A stretch of DNA of 64,000 nt from Fimicolochytrium jonesii (Eukaryota). Position numbers and translations under genes: made by a program. This document shows, in pieces, positions 40,596 to 52,387 of the stretch (positions are counted from its first letter, which is position 1; each line of letters opens with the position of its first letter). The notes beneath the pieces were generated by a model that saw only the letters and a program-made list of their open reading frames with translations, ran no database searches and was not told the origin of the DNA. The stretch lies in assembly GCF_025526975.1 (NCBI RefSeq), contig NW_026515669.1, positions 1,116,001 through 1,180,000 of the forward strand, in the 5' to 3' direction.

Positions 40596-42632
40596 TCATG
40601 TCCCGTCCTTGCTTACAGCAGGAGCAGGACCCGCCACCGCCGCCCGGCCTTCAAGCACCGTCTTCAGCTCACTCATGAGCGTAGCTTGAACCTCACGGTC
40701 CGCTTTCACCTTTGCGTCGACAGCACGCTTCGTCTTTTGCGCTTTCAGTCGACTTTCTCGGCTGGTCTTCGCCTTCCCGCCCTCTCTCTCCCCCACACCT
40801 CCACTCGCCTCCCACACCCCAGCATCGCCATCACATAGCCCAACAACTTCAACCGCATCGTGCACAGCCAACTCCTCCCCTTCTTCAGCAGCAATTTGTT
40901 CACTGCTCTGCAGGCCCTGCCCACCAATTTTTACATCCACCGTCACCGGATCCAGCATCATCGCCACCGCATCCCGAGTCTCCGCCAACCCACTCCGCAG
41001 ACGCTCCAAATCGTTGTCGAGCGTGGACAGCCGGGATGTAAATACGTCGATGGTTTGCTGTGTGGGTGGGTCGGTGGTGAGCTGGAGATCTTGGATGCAG
41101 ACGAGGAGCTTCAGTTTCATTTGATGGAGGGTTTGGGAGAGGATTGTGGCGTGGGTGAGAAAGGGGGCGGTGGTTGAGGGTGGGGGTGGGTTGGAGGCAG
41201 CTTTTGCGTCGGCGGTTGGTGGGGCGGATGAGATCAGTCCTGTGGGAAGCGTCCGTGTGAGATGGCCCCGATGTGAATCCACCGAAAGAGGCGTGAAAGA
41301 CTGCATTATACCTTCTTCCCTCTCCATCGTCTGTATGACAAGCGGGTATTCGTCCGCTATGACGCGTCCTACTTTCACCATCTCATCATCGATCGCGCTC
41401 CATTGCTCAGTCATGCCATCTTCGGTGGGACACCCCAGAAGAAGGGCAGCCAACACTTCTACCACGGTCTCCTCCAGCTCTTCGGCTTGCCCTTTGATTA
41501 GCGACAACGAGAGGACATCATTTGGCGCTACATAGCCGGGGATGCTGGATCCAACAGCAGGGTTGCCTTTCACATGTGAATGCAACTCCTGCAAAGCGGT
41601 AGAAGCAGCAGATAGTGAGACATGCAACGCTTGCCGGAGCTGTAACAGGCGCTTCGCAGTCGTTGCTTGCTCGATGCGCGTGATGGGGGGAAGGGTCTGA
41701 GATCTAAAGACAAGACATGAGTCGGTGCATAGGTGTGAGAATATATATGATGACTTACACATTGTACCCTCGGGCCACGAGTTCTACTTCTTGGATGAAG
41801 CGGATGGCTTTTCGTGATGCGGTATTAATGTTTGTTAGGCGACTTAGGAAGCTTTCGAGGTGGTCGAGTATGCGGTTGTGGAACGAGGTGATCCGTTGCC
41901 GATGCTGCCAACGAGAAGATTCAGTTAGACAAGCACAGCAACCGTTCGGTGTTTAGGCAATCTTCCATTACTCCCAGCGAGGCGTGACAGGATCGATTTG
42001 GTTGCCTACCCATGCATCCCACAATCCTCCAATACCCAGCCCCACAATACCGATCGTCATCGGCCACACCAAGTGTCGAACAGCTTTCCATCTCCGCGCA
42101 TAGAAGCACCACGCGAAGCCGAAAATCATAGTGCCCAGAACCCCCAGCGCTCTTGACGAGACAACCATGCGCTTCCGGCCATGTTCGTGCCGCGTCGACA
42201 CGGGTCCTCCTCGCCGATACCGCTCTTCGACCAAGAAGTCATATATCCGTTGCCTATATTCGTCCGATAGCGTCCTTGTTGATTTTCCAGAGTTTGACTT
42301 GCCGTTCGCCTACTAGCGGTGATCGAGTGAGAATCCGGTACGTGTGGGCTACATGTTGGCCGGCCAGAGCGCATCCCACACCTCCCCTTCCCAATCTCGT
42401 GCGCTTATGTTGCCGGGCTCATATGTAGAAGGCTGTGTATCGTCCGGTAACGCGATTTCCGAAGCATCTTGTTCTATAGAAGGAAGCGTCACTTCGCGGA
42501 TGCGCCTTGGGGAATATGCTTCAAACCTCCTTACGGACCTTGAAAGTACGCAGCGAGGGGCGACCCGTCATAGACGACGAGCTCCTCAGTGAGCAAGCTG
42601 GAGTCTGGACCTGCAGCTGTCGTCGCGGACAT
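40596..42632 (-). CDS. VEZT: Vezatin-like protein (VezA), multi-exon
   Basis: N-terminal EELVYDGSPLAAYFQ, two TM segments, then the conserved AIRFIQEVELVARGY..SQTLPPITRIE motif and a C-terminal LMSELKTVL. Confidence 0.82.
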
Positions 42633-42913
42633 TTGTTTTCCTGAGAAAGCGTCAATCCCACAACGCAGACAACGCGTCTGTCACTGGGTTGAGAAGCTCT
42701 GGAGTCTGAAGCAGAGTCTGAAGAAGCTTCTGCTTCCAAGTGGAACATCACAATTCCGGGTCTCGACAACAAACCCCGACGCTATTGTCACCCTCGCAAC
42801 CGACAAGCAAAGCGGCACAGGGCAACCGGACATCCTCGCTTCAGTAGTTAGAGTAGAGATAGAGCGCATTCCTCCCACTCATCCCAAAAAACAGCACCAC
42901 CAGAACTTCGACC

Positions 42914-43944
42914 ATGGCCGTCGCAACCGAATCCGCGGACAAATGTCCTATAGATCACTCCCAGCACAGCAAAGCAGCAGCACCGCATCCCATCCCACCC
43001 ACCTCCAGCGCCACCTCCTGCCCCGTCCCCCATACCACCAGCACCGCACCATTACAACAACCCAGCACTCCCGCAACCCCCTACGCCGGCCTCCAAGCCG
43101 AGTCATGCCCTTACTCCGCTGAACGGCAGGAACAGGAGCTACTAGCGGAGAAGAACAACATGCCGCCACTGAGTCAGCGGCCGAGCCCGGGGCAGAAGGA
43201 GCGGTTGAGCACGGACAGGGAGGAAAGTTCGATACCGATGGGGGGGAAGTTTGAGGGGAAGAATTGGGTTTATCCGAGTGAGCAGGTGTGTACGGACGAT
43301 CGAGAATTTACTGAAGAGGACATGTAGATGGATGTGGTTGAATGGCTTGAGGGGAGGTCGGCCGCTTTTGCTGTGCGGACATCCCCTCTGTCGAGGGCTT
43401 CACAGTGGGAGCTACTTGCAGGATTGCACCGCCAGGGTTGGACTGTGTTCAAGATATGGTACGTCGGAGGCGAACACACATCTCACATCAAAAACACCCC
43501 TTGCCTCGACTCGTCTCATAGATGTTTTTCAACGCCATGCGCCGCAAAAACTGGACCCCGCAAGAGAAAGACATGGGCGTCGTCATCCCCATCCACAACG
43601 CCGTCAACGAACAATGCTGGCGTCAAATCCTTCTGTGGGAAAAACTCCATCAAACCTCCTGCGCCCAGCCCAAACTCGTCAAGTTCCAAGGCAAGCCCAA
43701 AGAATACACGCCCAAAGCACGTATACGCCAACTCATGGGGTATACATTACCGTTCGATCGGCATGATTGGACGGTGGATCGATGTGGGACGACGGTGGAG
43801 TATGTTATCGATTTTTATTCGGGAGCGCAGGAGGGGGGAGAGGGGAAGGCGAGCTTTTTCTTGGATGTGAGGCCGAAGATGTCGGTGGAGGGGGTGGTGG
43901 ATAGGTTTAGGATGTGGTGGAGTACGGGGACGGGGTTGTGGTAG
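42914..43944 (+). CDS. HCCS: Holocytochrome c/c1 synthase (heme lyase); intron ~43286-43521
   Basis: Three CP heme-regulatory motifs; LSTDREESSIP, WVYPSEQ|MFFNAMRRK, IHNAVNEQCW, PFDRHDWTVDRCG, YVIDFY and LDVRP. Confidence 0.96.
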
Positions 43945-44175
43945 AGGCGTTGGGAGATAGGAAGAGACGTAGAACAACTTTGTATTGCGCTCTTTCACCG
44001 CCCCAATCATGTCGCATTGCGGCCTACGAACCAAAGACCCACCATCATCATCATCGTATAGCGCTTCGCCCCCAGCCGGTTCAAAACTACCCCTACCCAC
44101 CCATCCATAACTTATCGCTTCTACTCTACTCTACAATAATCCCGTTCCCATTCCCATCCTTGACCCATCCATTCA

Positions 44176-45760
44176 TCAATCAGAATCATTGTCAAACACA
44201 ATCTTTTTCGCCTTCTTGTTCGCCTCCTCCATTGCCGCCGTCTGCGCCTCCTTCGCCTTCCGCTTCGCCTCCCACGACGGATGCAGCGGTTCCGCCTTCG
44301 TATTCCCCTTCGCCGGTGCTGCTGATTCCCCAGTGGCTGGTCGCTGGTATGAGTGATGTCGCACATCAGTCTTTGCGGCCGCCCCGCGAGAGGGTTTGAA
44401 TGTGGCTTTCCGTTTCTCTTCGTAGTGCTCTGTGGTGGACTTTTTCCCGGAGAGGATGTGTTTTGCTTTTTTGCCGAATTGGCGTTCGGCTCGTCTGTGG
44501 TGAAGAGAGATGATCGATAAGGAACACGGGCGCCACAAAAACAGGGAGACTGAATACTTACGCCCTCCGCGCCTGCTGCCCCGGCCTATTCTTCTTCACA
44601 ACCTCCTTCTTCAGCTTCTTATCGTTCTGTTCCCACGCATCGCTCTCGTCGCCGCTGAACGCTGCGTCGCTGCCGTACTCGGACATGCTGAAATCGTCCG
44701 AATCGTTCGCGGCGGCGTCTTCGTCGGCACTGTCGTCGCCGCCGCCGAGGGCGGTGACGAACGTCGAGGCGAGTTTCGGGCGTCTCTTTGCGGTGTCGCT
44801 GTCACTATCCCCATCGTCATCGTGGTCTTTCACACCTCTCTTCCTTTTCAGCGCCGTATCTGTCTTCGTTTTCGTCTTCGTGTTCTCCTTCGCCTGTTTC
44901 GCCAACTGCGATTTCTTCACCGCCCTCGCCCCCGTCGACGTCCGGCCTGTGATGATCACAAACAGGTCCTCGATCGCTTCTTTCACCGCGGCTTCGACGG
45001 GTGCAGCGGTGGCTATTCGCTGCTCCAGGGGGGTTAGTGAGCGTTGTGGGTCGGTCGATTTCGTGCGAGGGGTATGTGTTTCGCCGGCTGCGTCGGAGTC
45101 GGCCTCGGCTGCTCCTTCGACTCCGCCGCTACCGTCTCGTGTGTCCCAGTATCCTATCAGCCGGTCGGTGTCGGGTAATGTGCTCTTTTTGAGCGCTGAT
45201 AGGAATGTGGATTGGAGGAGCGTTGCTGTATCTAGCGTCTATTCCAAAAAAGCGGCGAAAAGGACCTTCAGCCATAATCTCCGTTGATGGAATTCTGAAC
45301 AGGTGGATACACACCTTCAGCGCATCAAGCTGCTCCTCAAACTTCCTCAACTGCCTCTCCCACTCCTCCTTCACCGCCTGCGCTTTTGCCGCTTTCTCCT
45401 CCTCGTCCTCTTCCTCTCCGTCATCCTTCGCTTTCGGTTTCTGCGGATTGTCCAGCTTATGTCGATAAAACCTAGCCTTCTTGAGCAAGGCGCGCAGGAC
45501 GAATGCTTTACCCTTTTTGCCGGAGCGTTTTAGGGAGACTTGGATATGGTGCTGGGGAGAATGGAGTGTTCTCAGCGAAACTTTCGAGTGGGTCTATGAT
45601 ATAGAGCCCCAGGGGCCGTTTGAGACCTACTCACCAACTTCCGTCGCAGTTTGTCCGCCAGCTTGTCCCAGTCTGGTTCGTGAGGCTGGGTGGTTGTTGT
45701 TGCTGCATTGGACGCAGGTGTAGAAGCAACTTCCATTGGAACAGCTTCTGGTGGTGACAT
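44176..45760 (-). CDS. BUD22: Bud22/SRFBP1-family ribosome biogenesis protein, multi-exon
   Basis: STFVTAL, KKNRPGQQARRA.AERQFGKKAKH, LHPSWEAKRKAKE and KKIVFD C-terminal signature. Confidence 0.88.
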
Positions 45761-45946
45761 TCTCGATATGCGATACCAGGCCTGTTTATCAGAATACTGA
45801 ATGGTGCTTCTGAGCCGGCCGACAACTAGATGGCCAAGTTGCACCCACGAGGTTTGCAAAGAAGGTTGTTGGGAAAAAACCGCAAATTGGAAGCAAGTTC
45901 AGCGCGTAGAGAGGCCTGTAACGGAACACAGCGCAAAAAGAGAAAC

Positions 45947-46032
45947 CGACCCGTAGTGGGAATCGAACCTGCGCCTAGGCCTGCTGACGTGATCATCAAC
46001 ACGTCTCGCACGCGTTTCGAGAAGAATGGGTC
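45947..46032 (-). ncRNA. Atypical tRNA-like cloverleaf or tRNA pseudogene with B-box and Pol III terminator
   Basis: GACCC...GGGTC terminal stem, CTCG/CGAG and ACGTG/CACGT stems, and a GGTTCGATTCC T-loop followed by TTTTT (plus-strand A run at 45935-45939). There is no canonical D-loop GG, and the anticodon-position loop is 8 nt. Confidence 0.4.
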
Positions 46033-46267
46033 GAAATATGTCCGCAATATTACTGTGCAAGCGAGCGACAATCCTTACAAGCTGCGACATTGCTCAAGTG
46101 ATGCGCCGGCATTCGTACGCACACCGAGTTGCGAGGTCGGAATTACTGAACAGCCCAGTAGCGACCACTCCCACCAAAAACAACTCCAACAACCCATATT
46201 TCCGAGCAAAAGCAATCATTCCACCAATGCCCGCTCGTCATTCACAACAACAGCAAGGAATGGGCCC

Positions 46268-46324
46268 GTATAGGTACCTCATGACCCTGGCTCCCCCCCT
46301 CCCACCGTCATGAGGTACCTCTAC
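46268..46324. repeat. Inverted repeat, 18-bp arms (17/18 paired), 21-nt loop
   Basis: GTATAGGTACCTCATGAC ... GTCATGAGGTACCTCTAC. Confidence 0.8.
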
Positions 46325-46369
46325 GGCCTAACCCTCTCTCCCTCTTTACATTCTTCGTCCCGCTCTCAG

Positions 46370-46959
46370 CGCCATCTCGCACGGCCAGCTATCATACGCT
46401 CTCGAACACCATACACCTGTTGAGATGCATGTACAGCATACGAGGAATAGGGAATAATACGGGGGTGGTATTGCCTTGCCCGGCTTCGGGCTTGAGAAGT
46501 TGCGGGGGTTGTATGAAGGCGCGGGGGTGTGTTACGACCCGATGCTGTTCGAAAGTGTATGCGATAGGGCCGCCGTGAAGACGATGTGGCATTGATTTGA
46601 CATACACTGGAGGAGGCGAAATCTTCCGGGACATGCGTACGATGACCTCCGAAGTACCGAAGCCCTTCAACATGTTCATCTACCAAGAACATAGTTCCCG
46701 CGACTGGCTATTCAACCCATCTTCCACCCCTAGTGTTCTAGCCGACAACTCGCGGGAGGGTTATTGTGGACCCGAGGGCGGGAACTACGAGAGATGTCCG
46801 ATGTATTGGGAGCCGTTGAAAGGGGTTTTGCTTATGGGCGGTTTCTTCGGGGTCTTGGTGGGTGTGTTGGTTTTCACGGTGTTGGTAGTGTTTGTGAGGG
46901 GCATGCCTCGCCTCTGGGAGAGCTTTGCGAGATTGCGCGGATGGATATATGGAATCTAA
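46370..46959 (+). pseudogene. Possible decayed gene ending in a C-terminal TM segment
   Basis: A coding-looking frame interrupted by TAA (46455) and TGA (46593) plus a frameshift, leading into ORF 46597-46959 with a hydrophobic helix. No family was recognised. Confidence 0.3.
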
Positions 46960-47882
46960 CGCCGGAAATGGGAGGGTTGAGGATATTCGACCCGTGCGAG
47001 AACTGCCGGGATGGGTGTTTGTAACCTATGGAGGGAGGGAGTTTGAGCATCTTCTGGCGAAACTAGCGAAAAAGCCTAGGAAGCATTTAGAGGACGTTTA
47101 AGTAGTCATATCTCACATTCTTCCGCTCTCTCGTAAATACCATGAAGCAAACGGCTTATAGTGACAAGTCGTACAATACGTCCACCATTCGACACCAACC
47201 AAACGTTTAGGAACCTGATACATAAACCATCCAGCAAGTTCCGCCCCGTCTCCCTCCTTCTGCACAACGCAAATCTGCAATAGCCCATCCACCCTTGCTC
47301 AGGCCTGAAGGTAAGCACATGCCCACCTCCCTCCAGTTGCAGATGAACAGTACCACGAACCCCTCGGCTATTAAGGCGTTGTACAATTCCATCACTTTCA
47401 TTTGCATCGGACCGCTTTTGCAGGTACATTGGTTGGGGAGCTCGTTCCTGAACCGTCTATGGAGTCGGTGAAACAGGACGTACCGGAGGTGGACGTTAGC
47501 GTCCCGTTCACGGGTGAGGGGAATGACACGGATTTCGTAGAGCTGATGCATGGGTTCCGGGATCCGCAGGCGGGAGAGAAGTGAGTCCCGGAGTACGTGT
47601 GTATCTGTACCCGAACCCGCTGGCTCGGGCAGAGGCGAGAAAGTTCAACCGGAAGGGGCAGTGATCCCGGGCGGAGATGAGGACTGAGGAGGGCTTTGCT
47701 CCCTTCGCGTTGTCCGATTGATGTCCGAAACTTCGAACGAGAGCGTCACGCGAATCCTGTCACTCGCTCCCTTCTCCTTTCTTCCCGATTTTCTTCGCCC
47801 GGAAGGAAGGCCACGAGCGCCCACCAACAACCCCAGAGCAAGGCACTTATTTGAACTTAGAAAGCCTCTCTTCCTCCAAGCA

Positions 47883-50800
47883 ATGGCCTCCACGGGTCTA
47901 GCGGCGCCCGCACGCTTCTCCGATGCCGGCACAATGAGTAGGCAGGAGCTGCGCGCAAGGCTGTTCGACACCCTGCGCTCCGCTGGCGTCGCTGACAAGC
48001 TAAAGGTGAGAAGGGCTTCCTTGCTACCCATCCTCCCACGTACACTCCGAAACTCACTCAAATACACTTTCCTATGCTTCAACAGTCTCAACTCCGCGCC
48101 AAAATAGTAGCAGAACTCAAAATGCGCGTCCACGCAAACCCGCCAAGCCTCCCACCCGCACACGGTCTCGCGCACCCAAAAGCATTCGGAAACCCGCTCT
48201 ATGCAGATCCGTCCCTACAGCAACCCAGCGGCCGGCTGTTGTACCAGGTTCTGGATAATCTGGTGCAGGGGTATTTGAAGCATCGCGGGTTTGATTTCAC
48301 GCTGTCGGTGTTTTTGCCGGAGAGTGGATTTGTTGGTTCGAGTTCGAGTGGGGTAATGTGAGGAGACAATTGCAAGGCAAACGGATGGATGTGCATGGGG
48401 GGCTTAACCAGGATTGAATTCCAGATATTGTCGGACGAGGATGTGATGCAGGCATTGCATCTGGACCAACGGACCCCATTCTATCGGCAACTACGCGACT
48501 TAATGGAGCAGCCCTCCAACCGTCTTCATGACCACAGCCGCACAGAAAACAAAGCAGCACTCCTAGTAAACCTCATCGCTAGCTTGGTTCGCCTCGGCGA
48601 CCTCCAACCGGTCTCCCAGTCCACCCAAACCGACCATTCACCCCTCGATACCCTCGAATACCGCCTAAAAGACGCCGACAAACACGCGGAGATGAAATCC
48701 CAACACCAAACCAAACTGCACACCCTCGCCCTCGAAGAGCGGATGCTACGATACCAACAAGATCTGGACGCCCGAACGAACCGCGAGATGGAGCAGCGGC
48801 TGACGGAGTTTCGTGGCGTTGAGCTTGTGCAGATGCGGATGGAGGAACGAAAACGATATGAGGCGGAGATCAAGACTTTGCAGGCGGGATTTGAACGGCA
48901 GAAGGCGGAATTGCAGGAGAGGGTTTTCGTGGCGGTGGAGGAGGAGAGGATGAGGATGGCGGAACGTGAAAAGCAAATCACCGAACAAAACACTGCACTC
49001 CGTCAACGCCTCCTCGAAGAATCCAACATTGCCGTGATGAAAGAGACCACTCTCCGCACGCAGGCTGATCTTGCCGCGCAGCAGGTCCGGCTGGAGCGTG
49101 ATGCTTTGCAGAGACGGTGTGACGAGGCGCAGAGGGAGGTGGAGAGTTTGAGGGGGTTGAGGGTTGTGTTTGAGGAGAGGGTTAAGGGGTAGGTGTGGGG
49201 CCTGCGTCGAGATGGTTGCCAGCTTTGATGACTGATACACTTTTTTTATGGTAGCTATGGCAAACACTCCAGTGAAGAACACCACCAAAACTCAACCACC
49301 ATCGAAATCGAGCGTGCTAGACTCGATGGTAAACCCATCCCTCTCCCTCCCTCCCTTTCCAAATCCACCTCTCTAACTTTCTCACGAACCGCACGACAGC
49401 CGACCGCCGTCACCTCCAAGAAAAACTAGATCAACATAATCGCGAGATGATACATGCGAGAACAGACGCGGAGGACGCACGTAAGCAGCTTGCAGAGGCC
49501 AGGGAGCTTATCAGGGGCTTGCAGGTGCAGAAGGGTGGTGCGGTAGAGGAGGGGAAGGTTTTGGTAAGTTCTCTTGCGCTTCTTGGCGGGCGTGGATGTG
49601 TTGAGGCGAGACTGATTGAGCAATTACATGATTCCCGCATGGCCATGTAGACGGATCTACAACCGAACATGGTATCCCTTCGAGCCGAGCTGCAGAAAAT
49701 CACGCGGTAAATTCTCTCCATCATCCATGTCTTTCACATCAGCGCCATTCTTATAAGTTCCATTCAATACAGAGAACACACGAAAGCCGAAAAGGCCGCA
49801 TTACAGCGAAAAGAAGGTACTGCGCCTATTCAGATGTGTGGAAAGATATCCAGGATTGGATGACTGAGATAGTCAGACTTGATCGTAGAGGTGAAGAAAG
49901 AACTAGCAAAGTACCGCCGTTCCGAGCAACGGTGGCAAAGGGAGTGTCAGGGGTTGGTTATGAAGCTTGATGCGGAGGTATGTACCCAAGCAAGTCAACC
50001 CGCACCAGTGACATGACATGATTCAGAAAACAACTTTGCTGAACGTCTCGCACTTGGTAGATCAACCGCAACGAACACCTAACCCGCAAAAACGAAGAAA
50101 AAACCCTCACCGTGAAACAGATGCGCCGCGAGACAGCTGAGTTGAGGTTGTTGTTGCATCATACCCGTGAAGGTACGGTCTTTCCCCGACTTCACATGAC
50201 CCATCCTGCGCACTGGATTCACCTCTGACCCTCGTGGGATGTCCACACAGCACTCGACAGCAAATCACTTCCGGACGCTTACCCGCCCATAACAACCACA
50301 CTAATAAACCACCGCTCACACCCCGAAATCGACTCCTACGCTCTAGATTTCACCTACGACACGTTCCGCCCCCTAACAGCCCCCTCACTGACTTTTGATA
50401 CGCATCGGGATCCGCACCGACGCGTGGTACCGAACGTCGAGGATGTCTTGACGAGGGCGTCGAGTCCACGGAGAGGGTTGAGTCCACAGAGAGGTGGTGG
50501 TGAAGGGGGTCGTTGGGGCGAGGCGTATGTACCGAGGTTGGATTCGGAGGTGGTGGCGAGGATTGACGCGGGGGCGTTGGGGTTGGTTGTTTTCGATGGG
50601 GGTGACGGGGGTGTGGGCAAGGGACTGGACGCGGTTGAGGGTGTGCGAGGCGGGAGTGATGCTGTGCGGGATGACGGGGGTGTGCGTGCGGCGACTGTGG
50701 CGCCGTCGTCTCGGCTTACGACAATGGATGCGGATGATGTGGGAGTGTCTCGTCTTGGCACAAGTTTGAAACAGTCTGCGGACATACGCAATCAGGAGGA

Positions 50801-51973
50801 AGACACTCAGCGTAGGAAACGGGAGGATGTGGCGCGCCGTGAGCGGGAGGAAGCCGCGGCTGCTGACCAACGTCGCAATGAAGCGGATGTCCACCAGAAG
50901 CAACGACAACAAGAACAAGAGCGCCAAGAACAAGAACTCGACCGCCAAAAACTCGAATCCGAAGCCGCAGCCCAAACCCTCGCCTTCGAAGCCCAAAGCC
51001 GTGCCGCAGAAGAAGCCGCCGCAAACGAAAGAGAGGAACGCACCCGTCTCGCCCTTGAAGCCGAAGCCGAACAAAAGCGGGCCCGCGAACAAGCCGAAGC
51101 AGAGAAAGAAGAACGCGACCGTCTATCCCGTCTCGCCCTCGAATCCGCGCAAATCGCCAAACGGCTCGCCCGACAACAGGAACTGGATGAGCTGGACCGG
51201 AAGGAAAGGGCGAGGGAGAGGGAGTGGGGGGAGAGGGAGAGGAGGGCTGCTGGGGGTGTTGGGGCTGTTGGGTCGGGTGGGCGGGGTAGTGCGGGGGGTG
51301 TTGGGCGTGGGGATGTGGAGGATAATCGTAGACAGGCCGGAGGGGACGATGCCACCACCCCCACGAAAGACGATCAACCACAACCGCAACCAATCCCCAA
51401 AGAATCAGAAACAGACCGCAAACTAGCCGAAGCAGAACAAGACCCGGATCTGCAGCGGTTTGTGGAGATGGTTAAGCGGCGGAGGGCGGAGAATGCTGCT
51501 GCTGCTGCTCCAGCTTCAGCTTCGGGTGACACTGGCGGTGGTGGTGGTGCGGCGGCGGCGGGTACGCAGAAGGAGAAAGCAGGCCCCTTATCGGCTGATA
51601 TGGGTGGGGACACGAAACCAGTGGCATCGTCGTCGGTTAAGGGGCAGGTGGAAGATTTTATGAAAGCTATTGATGCGGTACGTTTCCCATACGGCGTGAT
51701 CTCCATCGCAACGTCATTAACACCCTTCTTCATTCGCTAAATTATTCATGTAACCTGACAACAGTCCTCAGCCTCAGCCCTCCTCTCCAGCACCCGTTCC
51801 TCCATCTCCGGGCTTGGGTTTGGGGTGGGGGATACGGAGGATGAAGTCAGGTACGTACCCCTGGACCCACCAGTCTTTCTGTATTGTGAACCATATGTGT
51901 TAATTCGTTCTGCACTTTGCGTTCCAGCGCTCCGGTGTTTGATGAGACCTCCGATGATGAGGATCCGTGGTGA
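47883..51973 (+). CDS. OFD1: OFD1-like centriole/basal-body protein (LisH + coiled coils), many exons
   Basis: ELRARLFDTLRSAGVADKLK|SQLRAKIVAEL; LisH LVQGYLKHRGFDFTLSVFLPESG; LEERMLRYQ...ELVQMRMEE coiled coil; late DLQRFVEMVK; ends DDEDPW*. The exon junctions checked (49190-50250 and the terminal exon) were in frame. Confidence 0.82.
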
Positions 51974-52387
51974 ATATGTCGGCTTTTCGAGTATGGGTCG
52001 CGGAGCGGGGTTTCGGCACCGGCTGGCTTGTGTGCGTGTGTGCGCACATTATACCCTTCTTTTGGCTGGCCACATGGGGTGCGAGGCAGAACAGATGTGG
52101 AGAGAATGGACACGTTGGGACCTTGGCTTTGACGAATGTACCATACCGGTGTTGTGTAGGGTATCAAACCTTGTTGTATATTTTTATGTGTCATGTACCC
52201 ATCTATCTATTCTATCTTAGAAGCATGTAAATTATGAACCCGACTCGATGTATACAATAATGACATACGGATACTGTAGTTGGTGATGATAACGACTCGT
52301 AAAACGTGTCGGCGAGCCCACCTCAACAGAAGTATCCGAAGAGCCAGTTGTCGAGATACCAAAAAGATTCCCCGAGCACGCAAAGCC

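Noticed and set aside
45947..46032. Selenocysteine tRNA
   Set aside because: No TCA anticodon in a 7-nt loop on the T-loop strand, and a 9/4 fold does not pair.
47230..47584. Possible small spliced gene (donor ~47311, acceptor ~47423)
   Set aside because: I could not connect an in-frame start codon, and no family was recognised.
49189..49330. Apparent stop or frameshift in OFD1
   Set aside because: Resolved by a GT-AG intron (GG|gtaggt...tag|C), and the downstream exon is in frame.
50354..51733. Long antisense and alternative-frame ORFs over OFD1 (likewise over U2AF65, ERB1 and 55802-56590)
   Set aside because: These are shadow ORFs expected from GC-rich, low-complexity coding sequence.
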